A model generated the notes under the pieces. It had not been told where the DNA came from, made no database searches, and was given only the letters and a program-made list of their open reading frames with translations. The position numbers and the translations under genes were made by a program. 64,000 bases of DNA from Enterobacter phage ZX14, in the sequence record PP236086.1; one strand, written 5' to 3'. Shown piece by piece: positions 44,838 to 54,637 of this stretch (positions are counted from its first letter, which is position 1; every line of letters starts with the position of its first letter).

Positions 44838-45107
44838 TCATTTCAGTTGTCCTGCTACAGCACGGAAATCATCGAAACCACCAAGATGGTTATCATTCCA
44901 GAAAATCTGAGGCATGGTGATACCTACCTTACTTTCACGACCAAGACGTTTCAGAAGGTCGGCGATAACAGCGTCATCGAATACTTCTTTCTGAGGCATC
45001 ACATTAACAAACTCAAATGGAATACCTTTCATCGTCGCCAGGCGTTTAGCATTATCACAATACTGGCATTTATGGATTGTGCTGTCGTAGCCAAAAATCG
45101 TTAACAT
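44838..45107 (-). CDS. nrdC: thioredoxin/glutaredoxin NrdC
   Basis: 89 aa. YGYDSTIHKCQYCDNAKRL...GGFDDF matches T4 NrdC (YGYDSNIHKCVYCDNAKRL). Confidence 0.8.
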   Translation of the reverse strand: MLTIFGYDSTIHKCQYCDNAKRLATMKGIPFEFVNVMPQKEVFDDAVIADLLKRLGRESKVGITMPQIFWNDNHLGGFDDFRAVAGQLK

Positions 45108-45384
45108 CTTCGTCTATTTCCTTAAAAATTTGTTCGAGTACATCATTAAAATCAGGATGCGTATGGAGTGGATGACTCCAATTGGAATAACCTTGAACGC
45201 CAAGACGTTTACGTGCTTCGTGGTAAATCGCATTAGAGGCAAAGTTCTTGGCTTTTGTCATAGCTGATTTTATCACAGAATCACTTGGAGCAGAATTATT
45301 CTCTTTGTGATACATCATGAATAAACGCAGAGCACAACGCTCTGCTTCTTCCATATATTCTTTACGTTGTTTAGCCAATTTCAA
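45070..45384 (-). CDS. hypothetical protein, 104 aa
   Basis: nrdC.x-type ORF. Confidence 0.35.
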   Translation of the reverse strand: MKLAKQRKEYMEEAERCALRLFMMYHKENNSAPSDSVIKSAMTKAKNFASNAIYHEARKRLGVQGYSNWSHPLHTHPDFNDVLEQIFKEIDEDVNDFWLRQHNP

Positions 45385-45715
45385 TCACCTTTTTATATGC
45401 TTCATGACCAGCAATAGCAATACGTTCAGACATCGGCAGTGATGTCTCTGGTTGCTGGGCTAACTGAGTTGCTGCATTGATTTTAAACATGATAATATCA
45501 AAATCTGTTGCAGCATGAATAGAACGATGAACGTGGTCCATATTCAAGGCTTCGCCTTTTTCTTCAGCGTATTGGAGACAAATTTTAGCCGTAACACCAC
45601 GAAGTTCTTTAAACAGAGCTTTCATTTCAGGGGTATTAGAAATTTTTTCTTTATTGTCAAATGGATTCATTTTATACCCCAGGGAAAATGGTTTTAACAC
45701 GTTCAGCAATGGCAC
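45371..45715 (-). CDS. hypothetical protein, 114 aa
   Basis: nrdC.x-type ORF. Confidence 0.35.
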   Translation of the reverse strand: MPLLNVLKPFSLGYKMNPFDNKEKISNTPEMKALFKELRGVTAKICLQYAEEKGEALNMDHVHRSIHAATDFDIIMFKINAATQLAQQPETSLPMSERIAIAGHEAYKKVIEIG

Positions 45716-46172
45716 GGTCTAGAACTTCAGTGAACTTCTTGTTCAGACGATCAACAATAAGTTGTTCCATACGGGCTTCAGACATATTCAGAGCATTTTC
45801 AATACGTCCTTCAAGGTCTTTAATAGCCTTTTCAACCTGGTCGCTTACTGCACCCATCACTTGAGAATAGGCAACACGATTTGCTTCTTCTTTCATGACA
45901 CGTTCTAATTCAAAAGTACCTTCAACTTTATTCCAGCCTTTAGAGACAAAGAACTTATTCATCTGTTCTTTAACCATAGGAGTTACGTCCGGCAGGCGGG
46001 CGCCTACGAGGCTAATTTCTTTCTGGATAGTTTCTTGTACTTTGTTCTTACTATTCTTCAGGACAAGTTCTTGCACAACGTTATTGATGACAGATTGCTG
46101 CAGTTCAACACGTGACTCTTCATCACTAAACAGTTTCAGTACAGCATTTGTATCAAGTTTCAAACTAATCAT
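45672..46172 (-). CDS. hypothetical coiled-coil protein, 166 aa
   Basis: ORF with heptad-rich sequence. Confidence 0.4.
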   Translation of the reverse strand: MISLKLDTNAVLKLFSDEESRVELQQSVINNVVQELVLKNSKNKVQETIQKEISLVGARLPDVTPMVKEQMNKFFVSKGWNKVEGTFELERVMKEEANRVAYSQVMGAVSDQVEKAIKDLEGRIENALNMSEARMEQLIVDRLNKKFTEVLDRAIAERVKTIFPGV

Positions 46173-46337
46173 TACGAGGCTCCTTAGGAGTAATCACAAG
46201 TGTTTTATCGCCAATAGCATTAATTACATCGGAGATAATATTATTAGGCATTGGTTGGACTTCGCAAATGCTTTTAGCAAATGCCTCAATATCTAAAGCC
46301 GTTCGAGCTTTTACTTCTTTTAATTTTTCCAAATCAA

Positions 46338-46646
46338 TCATTTTGCCTTTCTCTCAAATCGATGTTTACATGAACGGCATTTATATGCTAGAGTTGGGGT
46401 ACACCAACTCACCAATTGAACCTGTACTGTACCACATTTTTCACATACTGGCATATCTTTTGCTGCGGCTTCACGCCGATCTGCCATTTCTAGAACACGA
46501 GCCCATTGAACTGCTTTATGTACTTCGCCGATAGCGTCTTCATCGGTGATAACAAGTTCTTCTAATGAAGGACCTTTTTCAAGGTCCACTTCAGTCCAGC
46601 CTTCAGGTAAGGATAAATCTAAATCTTCGGCTAATTGGTTTTTCAT
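46338..46646 (-). CDS. hypothetical protein with C-terminal zinc ribbon, 102 aa
   Basis: CEKCG...CRSCKH. Confidence 0.4.
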   Translation of the reverse strand: MKNQLAEDLDLSLPEGWTEVDLEKGPSLEELVITDEDAIGEVHKAVQWARVLEMADRREAAAKDMPVCEKCGTVQVQLVSWCTPTLAYKCRSCKHRFERKAK

Positions 46647-47659
46647 TTACGCAATTCCTGCATTGCATGAAGTAGTTTAGCACGTTGTACACGAATCTTA
46701 TCTGCTTTACCAGTGAGCTCATCAATCTGACGGTCGTAATCGTCTACAATCAGAGTCATTTCATTCACAGACTTTTCCATTTCTTTATAGAAATGTTCTT
46801 CGACTGGGACCGATTCAGGCTTGTAGATTTTAAGGAAATTCGCTTTAGAAGTATCTACAGACAGTTCGCCTTTAATAACTTCTTTTGGCTCATCAAAATC
46901 AGGAGCTTTAACTTGCGGTGCACGAACAGTTATTGCGAATACAACTGTCGAGCCTAAACGTCGGAACGTATAATGGAACAATTCCGGGTTAGTCGCATTC
47001 ATAAAAGCACGAAGTTGTGCAAACGTCTTTTCTTCAGGGGCATGATTGACAATTGTGACAGTGAATTTATTATCACAGCCCGAGATCATTTTAGCATCAA
47101 GATAAGGCAGTGGTTCGCGGCCGGTTTTAAATTCGAGCTCTCGACTACTTCCTACACACAAGCGAGAACCGAGAGCCAGAATCATACGCCAGTTGTAGTT
47201 AAACTCTGAACAGAAGCTTTGAGTATAAGCTTTCATTGTCGGAGAACACGCCGAAGTGAAATGACCACGAGCGTTCTTACGAGTGAACTTCATACCTTCT
47301 TTACGCTCGCCAAACTGAGAGATACGTTTCAGTGCTCGTTCGACAGCAAAATATTTACTATCACGGAGAGCTTTATAGAAGTCGTATACGCACAGATAAT
47401 TAAATGTTGGCGACAGAGGAGGTAGACGATTCATGATTTCTTGAATACCAATATGTTTAATCGCATTGATATCAAGAGACAGCGCCATCTGACGAATAAA
47501 AGGTCCAATATCATCAGGATGGTTCTTTATCACAGTAGATGAATCGGTGAAATCATTTTTATAATGATTGGACGGATGACGGAAATGGTTTGCCGCTACA
47601 CGGCACGCTTCGCGTACTACAATTCTGTTATTCATTTTCAATTCTTTTGCTACTGACAT
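46643..47659 (-). CDS. hypothetical protein, 338 aa
   Basis: Large ORF with a coiled-coil C-terminus. No motif. Confidence 0.45.
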   Translation of the reverse strand: MSVAKELKMNNRIVVREACRVAANHFRHPSNHYKNDFTDSSTVIKNHPDDIGPFIRQMALSLDINAIKHIGIQEIMNRLPPLSPTFNYLCVYDFYKALRDSKYFAVERALKRISQFGERKEGMKFTRKNARGHFTSACSPTMKAYTQSFCSEFNYNWRMILALGSRLCVGSSRELEFKTGREPLPYLDAKMISGCDNKFTVTIVNHAPEEKTFAQLRAFMNATNPELFHYTFRRLGSTVVFAITVRAPQVKAPDFDEPKEVIKGELSVDTSKANFLKIYKPESVPVEEHFYKEMEKSVNEMTLIVDDYDRQIDELTGKADKIRVQRAKLLHAMQELRK

Positions 47660-47747
47660 AATATTTTCCTCTATCTTTCTTGGCTGATAAATAATCCCGT
47701 TTTGAAAGGACCATGATTCATTATACCATAGCCCTTTCTAAAGCGTT

Positions 47748-47957
47748 TTAGTCGAAAATCATTTCACAAATCCAAACGAATGGGCTGATCAATACTTTAA
47801 GGATATAAAATACCCAGAACACAGGCCACATCACAACGACCATTGCTGCGGTGTTTCCATCAAAGTCATCTAAGAACCAATCCCCAACCCAGCGGAAATA
47901 AAAGGCTGATGCAAAGCCTACAATAATGTAAGCTACTGCGAATAAAATAACTTCCAT
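47748..47957 (-). CDS. small membrane protein, 69 aa
   Basis: Two predicted TM helices. Confidence 0.35.
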   Translation of the reverse strand: MEVILFAVAYIIVGFASAFYFRWVGDWFLDDFDGNTAAMVVVMWPVFWVFYILKVLISPFVWICEMIFD

Positions 47958-48379
47958 TAGGGCCTCGAATCAATAATTCGTAATTGAGCTTGTTTGTAGG
48001 TATAAATTGCTTCTTTAAGCTGCGAGTTGCTCACTTTAAGATTAGTGTTATACCATTTATTCAGGTCTTGATGCTTTTTGTAAACTTCTTGAAGCTTATT
48101 ATTGGCTTCAATTAAAGCATCTTGGAGTTTTGCGAACTGAGCTTCCATGACTTCGCGTTTAACGCTTCCATCATAGTTCAGAGCACAAAGAACATTAGTA
48201 TGGCGCCAGAGCTCTCTGAGTTCGCCTAGAACGTTTTTATCTTTACCCCAATTAAACTTATACAGTTCTTCACAAACGGCTTCAGCCTGCTTCTCAGCTT
48301 TACCTTTAGCCATCCCAGCATAGATGTGAGCAGGTGGATAAAGGGCCGTGTTATCGACCCAGTTTGAAAGAATAAACAT
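47957..48379 (-). CDS. hypothetical protein, 140 aa
   Basis: ORF. Confidence 0.4.
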   Translation of the reverse strand: MFILSNWVDNTALYPPAHIYAGMAKGKAEKQAEAVCEELYKFNWGKDKNVLGELRELWRHTNVLCALNYDGSVKREVMEAQFAKLQDALIEANNKLQEVYKKHQDLNKWYNTNLKVSNSQLKEAIYTYKQAQLRIIDSRP

Positions 48380-49149
48380 TAAATCACCACTGATGAAGGA
48401 CGTTTAAAGAAAGAATGAGTAATGTCATTCACTGCTTGCGTAAACGTAGCTTTAAATTCAATATCACCACGGTAGTCATTTGGTACACATTTAGGAAGTG
48501 AACCATAAACCGTAGCACCATTTTCTAGTCGAACAGTCATCTTAGCGACCGGGCCATAAATATCCATCCACTCTTTGACTGAAACAACCTTACCTTTTAC
48601 TGTCTGTTTGCCCACAGGAGCTTCGCCTTTGGACTTATTCAGCTCAGCATAATAATTACTATACCAAGCTTCAGAATACGCCTGAATCGCTTCCAGGATG
48701 GTTTTATGTGCACGTACTTTACACATACCAGCCTTATGACCGCCTTCCAAATCCCATACTTTGTACGGAGTCTGGATTTCTACTTTATCTAAAGCTTTGA
48801 TTTCTTTGTACATGTCATAAGTCAAACGCAGTTTCCACCAACCGTGGTCACCGGTATACTCAGGTTTGTCAAAGTTATCAAGCTCGGTGACATATGGAAG
48901 GTAACTACCAGCGTGATACGCTTCCACTTCACCTAATTCATTTTCCCACAAGTAACCATCAAATGGTGCATGTGGACGGTCATCAACACCCCAGGTAGGA
49001 GCTACGACTTTATCGAATGATTCACGTCCGTAGAGGGACTTGCTCCAACCTGAGTTCAACTCCTCGGCGCGTTTTTCAACTTTCGCTCGGTGCTCACGGT
49101 GGGCTTTACGATTTTCTTCAAAAAGGTCATTGATGATTTTAGTTAACAT
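48379..49149 (-). CDS. hypothetical protein, 256 aa
   Basis: ORF after the PeSL-like promoter at 49160-49206. Confidence 0.45.
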   Translation of the reverse strand: MLTKIINDLFEENRKAHREHRAKVEKRAEELNSGWSKSLYGRESFDKVVAPTWGVDDRPHAPFDGYLWENELGEVEAYHAGSYLPYVTELDNFDKPEYTGDHGWWKLRLTYDMYKEIKALDKVEIQTPYKVWDLEGGHKAGMCKVRAHKTILEAIQAYSEAWYSNYYAELNKSKGEAPVGKQTVKGKVVSVKEWMDIYGPVAKMTVRLENGATVYGSLPKCVPNDYRGDIEFKATFTQAVNDITHSFFKRPSSVVI

Positions 49150-49159
49150 TTTATATCTC

Positions 49160-49206
49160 CATGTTGGTGTAGGAACATACTAACACGCTCCTACACCGTT
49201 GTAAAC
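49160..49206 (-). promoter_or_regulatory. early promoter embedded in inverted repeat (PeSL-like)
   Basis: GTTTAC (rc of 49201-49206). Perfect IR ggtgtagga (49166-49174) / tcctacacc (49189-49197) around the TAGTAT -10. Confidence 0.6.
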
Positions 49207-49394
49207 TACTTCTTATAAATGACGTAGATTACCCATACCGGCCAGAAGAAAATGATAAAAAGATTCTTCGGGAGCCGTTTCATTGCTGTTTTGCCTTTAA
49301 CATATCCTGACGACATTGCAGCTATCAGTAGGCCAGAAATTAACCAAGTCATAGGAGCAACAACAAAAGCCAAAGCCATTGCTAGAGGAGTCAT
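49206..49394 (-). CDS. small membrane protein, 62 aa
   Basis: Two TM helices. Confidence 0.35.
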   Translation of the reverse strand: MTPLAMALAFVVAPMTWLISGLLIAAMSSGYVKGKTAMKRLPKNLFIIFFWPVWVIYVIYKK

Positions 49395-49566
49395 TAGTCT
49401 TCCTTATTCACACAATAGAAAATCCATACAGGCCACGCCAAGATGCAACACAAGGTCTTGAACATGTTGCTTCTGCGAAGCTTAATGCCTGTGATAGAGA
49501 TGCACCCGGCACCAACAGCAAACCATGATACAACACCAATGATGTTGGCCAAAAGTACAGGTTCCA

Positions 49567-49905
49567 TCAGTAATAGGTCCTTTCATCATATTCACCACCG
49601 AACCAAGCACTCACAGGCGCTTTAGGTTGAGTAGCTTTTTTGTAATCGAGATGAGCCAGGTTTTTAGCAATCTGGTAACCACGAGTTGCATTAATCTGCT
49701 CACGGTCCATAGTAACCAAGGACTTCGTTTTCGCAATCAGCGTCACACGTCTACGTAAGTGAGGCAGCGTAATAGGATACATTCGCATCTGATGGAAAGC
49801 TACGTTCATGAACTGGATATGCTTAGCTACGGCACGTTCCATAGCTTTCTTGAAGTCTTGAGAGGCGTTAAACAGCGCCCATTCTAAACGATTAATCGGA
49901 GTCAT
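49567..49905 (-). CDS. hypothetical protein, 112 aa
   Basis: ORF. Confidence 0.4.
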   Translation of the reverse strand: MTPINRLEWALFNASQDFKKAMERAVAKHIQFMNVAFHQMRMYPITLPHLRRRVTLIAKTKSLVTMDREQINATRGYQIAKNLAHLDYKKATQPKAPVSAWFGGEYDERTYY

Positions 49906-50097
49906 TTAATCACCCATTAAGTCATTAATGTCAGAACGATAGATGTTTGCTTCAGCAACTTCTTCGCCATCAAGAGAGGCTTTAATAGAAAGCGTACCAA
50001 ACAAATCATCATAGTTAACACTCAGCTCGAGTTCTTCACGAATAACACGTTTCACTTCAAGCCGAATCATTTCTTTAATTTGTTCTGAAGTTATCAT
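49906..50097 (-). CDS. hypothetical protein, 63 aa
   Basis: Small ORF. Confidence 0.3.
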   Translation of the reverse strand: MITSEQIKEMIRLEVKRVIREELELSVNYDDLFGTLSIKASLDGEEVAEANIYRSDINDLMGD

Positions 50098-50597
50098 TGG
50101 TCTTCACCATTGTAGATTTCTTCTTCAGTATAGACCTTATGTTTACGTTCCATTACATAGCAGTATGGGTCGTCGATATCCATACGCTGCCAGAAGCAAC
50201 CAAGTTGGATATTTTTAGGGTTATTAGTATGGCTGCCGGTACAACGTCCGCGGTCACGACGAGAGTAACGATGAACACCGTTTTCATCCATAATGGTTTC
50301 ATAACCGGTGCGAGTTCTACTAACACCTTCAAGGTCTTTGAACTTGACCATCTTGACGTTATCGCCACTTAAGGTTTCATAAGTCCAACCTTCTTCAAAG
50401 TACTTTGCTTGACCGCCGTTGACCATAACGATGATATCTTCGATATTTTCCGCCGGATAAGCAATACCAACATTAACACCATGCTGATAAACTGCCTGGA
50501 ATTCGTTTTCGGCTGAAATAGTAGCTTTACGGAATTTACCATCCCAAACACCATCAACAAAACGTTTGAATTTGATTTCATAAGTCCAGAGTTTCAT
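50094..50597 (-). CDS. hypothetical protein, 167 aa
   Basis: ORF. Confidence 0.45.
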   Translation of the reverse strand: MKLWTYEIKFKRFVDGVWDGKFRKATISAENEFQAVYQHGVNVGIAYPAENIEDIIVMVNGGQAKYFEEGWTYETLSGDNVKMVKFKDLEGVSRTRTGYETIMDENGVHRYSRRDRGRCTGSHTNNPKNIQLGCFWQRMDIDDPYCYVMERKHKVYTEEEIYNGEDQ

Positions 50598-50809
50598 TAT
50601 GCCACCTGCAGTTTAGAGTTGATTTTAGAACCGATGAATAGCGCACCAGCAATAGCTACTCCACATACAAGACCACCAACAAACAGGTCTGTAATAGCTT
50701 GTTGCTTGTCAAGAACCCAGGTCATTTTAGCAATCATTTCATGACGAAGAGCCAGTTCAGAATTACCGATCAGTGCATAGAACAGTGAAGCAATATAGTT
50801 AGTGAACAT
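50597..50809 (-). CDS. small membrane protein, 70 aa
   Basis: TM helix. Confidence 0.35.
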   Translation of the reverse strand: MFTNYIASLFYALIGNSELALRHEMIAKMTWVLDKQQAITDLFVGGLVCGVAIAGALFIGSKINSKLQVA

Positions 50810-50989
50810 TTTATTTTCCTCAAATCAGATGAACAGTATTATCACGTTTGTAGATGTCAATAAGCATTTGGCTAGGTTCTTCATAAGTGAAGTGGTTATA
50901 TGCTTTGACCGCCGTTACAGCAACTAATGCCATTACTACAACTTTCATAGTTTCAGAGAATACTGCTTTTAAAAATTTCATTTCGTTCT

Positions 50990-51035
50990 CCATGTTGGTA
51001 GGAAGACTATACCATGTCCTCCTACCATTGTAAAC
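50990..51035 (-). promoter_or_regulatory. early promoter embedded in inverted repeat (PeSL-like)
   Basis: GTTTAC (rc of 51030-51035). IR ggtaggaag / cctcctacc around the -10. Confidence 0.5.
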
Positions 51036-51037
51036 AC

Positions 51038-52018
51038 TTACTTCAGAAGAGTAACTTCAGCAATCTCTTCCCAACCATTTGGGTCGGTGGCGACGAAGTC
51101 AGCCAGATAAAGCGCTGTACGTAAGGATACGTTACGGAGCTTAGTTACATTAGCCTTCATCCAGTTGAGCGCCATGGACGTCTGAGCGTCGCTTAAACCA
51201 CGTTTCTGCATCATGTTGGTGTTCAGAATTACATCTTCAACACGAACCATGATTTCTTCGTTTGAGTGAACACCCAGGTCCAGATAAACTGAACGTGATA
51301 CAAGAGCATGAAGATGTGGAGCAAGTTTAGAACCACGTTCTAATTCTTTATCGATATCAACGTTAGTGATGAACACGATAGTGCCTTCGAACTCGAATTC
51401 TTTATCGATGTTTTTGTCATCGAGATAAGCAGAAGCAGTGCTCCAGCAAACTTTACGAGTTTCACCTGTATCAAGTGCTGCTTTCAGGAGGTTAAGCATA
51501 TCCATATCAGAGAATACGTCAACATCATCAATAAGCAGAACGCTATTTGCATCACGGTTGTTCCAAAGTTGCTCATAAAGACCGATACCAGAGATTTTAC
51601 CGTTGATGCTTTTATAAACAATTTCACCATATTCATGAGCAGTTTTCAGAGCTTTATCCAGGCTATAAGTCTTACCAATACCTGCAGCACCAGAGATGAT
51701 TAATGAACGAATGTTGCCAGTGATAATGCCTTTGGTCATCATGTTCATTACTGTAAAGCGTTTGTTGATACGCTGTTTCATTTCCTCAACTGACTCAACA
51801 GTAGCCAGTGGAGAAACCTCCATACCTTCCATTTCGATGTCGGATTTGAACACCCATACACCACGTTCTTTACCATCAACTTGGATGAAGACTTTACCAT
51901 CGCCAAGATGTGCTTCATGAGCAGGTACTGCATCTGGGAACCAAGTCTTGGTAGCAACAAACTTACCAGAGATATCGTTACCGCGGAAAGTACCTTTGTT
52001 GATTTGAACGTTGAACAT
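51038..52018 (-). CDS. AAA+ ATPase, 326 aa (T4 nrdC.10-like position)
   Basis: Walker A ISGAAGIGKTY and Walker B VLLIDDVD with an N-terminal ~100-aa extra domain. Confidence 0.55.
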   Translation of the reverse strand: MFNVQINKGTFRGNDISGKFVATKTWFPDAVPAHEAHLGDGKVFIQVDGKERGVWVFKSDIEMEGMEVSPLATVESVEEMKQRINKRFTVMNMMTKGIITGNIRSLIISGAAGIGKTYSLDKALKTAHEYGEIVYKSINGKISGIGLYEQLWNNRDANSVLLIDDVDVFSDMDMLNLLKAALDTGETRKVCWSTASAYLDDKNIDKEFEFEGTIVFITNVDIDKELERGSKLAPHLHALVSRSVYLDLGVHSNEEIMVRVEDVILNTNMMQKRGLSDAQTSMALNWMKANVTKLRNVSLRTALYLADFVATDPNGWEEIAEVTLLK

Positions 52019-52039
52019 TTTATTACTCCGTGAATTTCA

Positions 52040-52128
52040 GTATTTGTTTCGATGCAGCTATAATAACATGTTCGCTGTAGATGTAAACACTTTTGTGAAA
52101 AAGATGCCCGAAAGGGCCCGAAGGCCCT
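52040..52128 (-). promoter_or_regulatory. terminator-promoter module (UUCG hairpin + GTTTAC-17-TATTATAG)
   Basis: Hairpin gggcccgaaggccc (52113-52128) with an alternative gcccgaaagggc, followed on the minus strand by a T-run, then GTTTAC (rc of 52084-52089) and a -10. Confidence 0.5.
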
Positions 52129-52132
52129 TAAC

Positions 52133-52384
52133 TTATTGTTTATTAATCTGATTTTCTGCAAATCGTTTTGGGAATTTAACAAGCCATGCTGTAGCAGACC
52201 ACAATCCACCAACACAGAATGCAGGCAACCAAAGAACAAACCAGAACCACCAATCAGCCGCTGAATGGATATGTTCATTTTTAATGAAGGCCTTGGTAAT
52301 CAAGAACCCGATAGTGAAATACACTGCTATAATAAAGATAGGCATAATCCACCATAATTGTGCTAATAGTAAAGACGTAACCAT
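52133..52384 (-). CDS. small membrane protein, 83 aa
   Basis: Two or three TM helices. Confidence 0.4.
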   Translation of the reverse strand: MVTSLLLAQLWWIMPIFIIAVYFTIGFLITKAFIKNEHIHSAADWWFWFVLWLPAFCVGGLWSATAWLVKFPKRFAENQINKQ

Positions 52385-52387
52385 TTA

Positions 52388-53398
52388 TCACCTGTAATAA
52401 GAATTGTGGTTTGCAAGATAAACCTCTTCAAGGAATTTGTTCCAGAAGCTCATGTCAACTTCTTTACGCATACCATTCTTTTCTGCATTCACTGCCAGAA
52501 ATTCGACATGGTCAACGGTATCTTCCAGAAGTTCTTGGACATACTTGAACTTGAACATACCAGCTTTAATCATTCGAATCGTTTCAGCTTCACGCAGTGG
52601 GAATACCAAATCACCTGTTTGATAAATTTCACGTAACTGAATACCAGCGCGATAAGCATGACTCAGAGCTTTCCAGTCAACGCCTTCATTAGCTTCTGCC
52701 TTACGAGCACGTTCGCCATATTCTGCTTCAAGCTTAGTCAAACTGTACTTGATTTCAGCGATAGTGATTGTGTCTTGGAATTTACGTCCCAGCACGTTAT
52801 AGAAGTTCTGCTTGCCCATCTTAGAATCAACGAATTCAGTCCAGAACAAGAACTCGCTTGTCGGCAGAAGATGGGCAATTTCGCCAAGCTTCCAACGTTG
52901 GTTATGAGCCTTATCTTTAGGACGATCTTCATACTTCCATTCAGGATAATCGTTCAGAATATTCAGAATGATTTTCAGATCAGCCAGACGAGAACCCTTG
53001 ACACCATATTTCGCTGCTTGCTTACGGACATAACCCAGATAAGATTTCATATCTGTGGTATAGAAGCGTTCACGGTTATCTTGGATAAACTTCCAGACAT
53101 CCGGTAGGTCGGATTTAACAATCAGATTAGCAGGAGTATGAAGCATATCAAGAGCAACAGTTTCTCCTGACTGAGCGAGTTCCAACCAATATTTGAGAGA
53201 ATAGAGTTCATGATCAACATCCTCATGGCCATTCTTAGAGGCAGTATTATTGGTGTTCATATTAGTATGATTCATTGCACGACCCATAAGAATATCTTTA
53301 GGGTGTGGAACGAAGATTTCTTTGAAATCTGTGTCACTTTCAGGCGTTGACGTGCCATATAAATGGCTACCGAAGTAGCCTTTCATAATTGTCTTCAT
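52388..53398 (-). CDS. Pol-beta superfamily nucleotidyltransferase, 336 aa (T4 nrdC.11-like position)
   Basis: N-terminal minimal NTase signature YFGSHLYGTSTPESDTDF (GS-x9-DxD), followed by an alpha-helical C-terminal domain. Confidence 0.55.
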   Translation of the reverse strand: MKTIMKGYFGSHLYGTSTPESDTDFKEIFVPHPKDILMGRAMNHTNMNTNNTASKNGHEDVDHELYSLKYWLELAQSGETVALDMLHTPANLIVKSDLPDVWKFIQDNRERFYTTDMKSYLGYVRKQAAKYGVKGSRLADLKIILNILNDYPEWKYEDRPKDKAHNQRWKLGEIAHLLPTSEFLFWTEFVDSKMGKQNFYNVLGRKFQDTITIAEIKYSLTKLEAEYGERARKAEANEGVDWKALSHAYRAGIQLREIYQTGDLVFPLREAETIRMIKAGMFKFKYVQELLEDTVDHVEFLAVNAEKNGMRKEVDMSFWNKFLEEVYLANHNSYYR

Positions 53399-53928
53399 CG
53401 TGTAGGATTACCCCATTCAAATCCAGAGAATGCATCGATAAGAGATTTATCGTTCAGGTTAACCATTACGGCTTTACCATGGTCACTTTCAAGGAACATA
53501 TTACCACCATCTTTAGTGATAGCAAGAACTTTAAACAAATGACCTGCTTTACCAAATATATCGCCAACTACGACCGGGACCATAACTTTAGATTTTTCAC
53601 TGTGATAATGAGTAATCTTATCACCGGCGAAAGAAACTTGTTCTTGAACGCCTTGAGACATCACAGTAACTTTACTTACTTTATAAGCTCTGATTGAACC
53701 TTTAGCATACTCAACCAGCTCAATCAGAGTACGGTTTGAATATACCTTCAACAGCAGCCTGGTATCACGACCACCATCAATAAAGATCGTTGCTGCACCC
53801 TGGAATTCAGAGATAAAGTCAACAATACCATCAATACGTTGACCGTTATCCAGATGGATTTCTAAAGAACGGCCTGTTTCCAGGCATTTCTGGCGACGTC
53901 CTTCAACAACACTCTGTTTAACGAACAT
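53395..53928 (-). CDS. hypothetical protein, 177 aa
   Basis: ORF. Confidence 0.4.
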   Translation of the reverse strand: MFVKQSVVEGRRQKCLETGRSLEIHLDNGQRIDGIVDFISEFQGAATIFIDGGRDTRLLLKVYSNRTLIELVEYAKGSIRAYKVSKVTVMSQGVQEQVSFAGDKITHYHSEKSKVMVPVVVGDIFGKAGHLFKVLAITKDGGNMFLESDHGKAVMVNLNDKSLIDAFSGFEWGNPTR

Positions 53929-53931
53929 GGC

Positions 53932-54423
53932 TTATTCCTTATCTTCTGGTTTGGTGAAGTTCAGAGTAGGGCAGAATTTATCATGCTTGGCTTTAACGAA
54001 AGCGAATACAATATTAGGCTGTTTTGGCTCAATGCCTTGTTCTTTCAGGCGTTCACGTTCTAATTCTTTGTCATACTTACGGTCTTCCCGCCAGTCTTGG
54101 ACACGTTGATACGCCCATACACCGCCAAATACAATAGCACAAGCACCGCCAAGAATAACAGCCAACATAACAATAGAAGCAAAGAAGCTTGCCACATAAG
54201 CCCAGATACCTGCAATACCTAATCCAATCATAGGGTCAACAAGCATATTAGAAAGCATCAATGTCAGACCTGTACCAATGGCACTCAGGAACAGAATACG
54301 GTAGATTACCCCACGGACATAAGGACAAAGAGAACGCGGAACACCTTTAGAAGTAGTGAAGGTATTAGAAACAAGTTTGTAGTGCCAAGAATTAGTATTG
54401 ATATTCATTATATTTCCTTTCAA
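53932..54423 (-). CDS. membrane protein, 163 aa
   Basis: Three predicted TM helices and a charged C-terminus. Confidence 0.45.
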   Translation of the reverse strand: MKGNIMNINTNSWHYKLVSNTFTTSKGVPRSLCPYVRGVIYRILFLSAIGTGLTLMLSNMLVDPMIGLGIAGIWAYVASFFASIVMLAVILGGACAIVFGGVWAYQRVQDWREDRKYDKELERERLKEQGIEPKQPNIVFAFVKAKHDKFCPTLNFTKPEDKE

Positions 54424-54430
54424 ATTAAGA

Positions 54431-54637
54431 TTAGAGAATTGGTGTAATTTGTACTAAGTAATCACGCAGAGCAATAATATCACTTTTGTATAAAGCAATA
54501 ACATCACGACCTTGTGTAATTGTCATTACGGTGTTTTCACAAATAGAACGAGCTTTGATTTCAATATCATCGTCGCCATCTTCATTATGGATAGTAGCAC
54601 CGAAGCCACGCCCTTCGTAATTCAGTCCAATTTTCAT
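54431..54637 (-). CDS. hypothetical protein, 68 aa
   Basis: Small ORF. Confidence 0.3.
   Translation of the reverse strand: MKIGLNYEGRGFGATIHNEDGDDDIEIKARSICENTVMTITQGRDVIALYKSDIIALRDYLVQITPIL

Noticed and set aside
52388-53398. GS-x9-DxD nucleotidyltransferase considered as a CBASS-type cGAS/DncV-like cyclase
   Set aside because: It is phage-encoded with no Cap effector or ancillary genes nearby, and it sits where T4-like phages carry a conserved nrdC.11-type predicted NTase. The NTase superfamily call is kept, but not the CD-NTase assignment.
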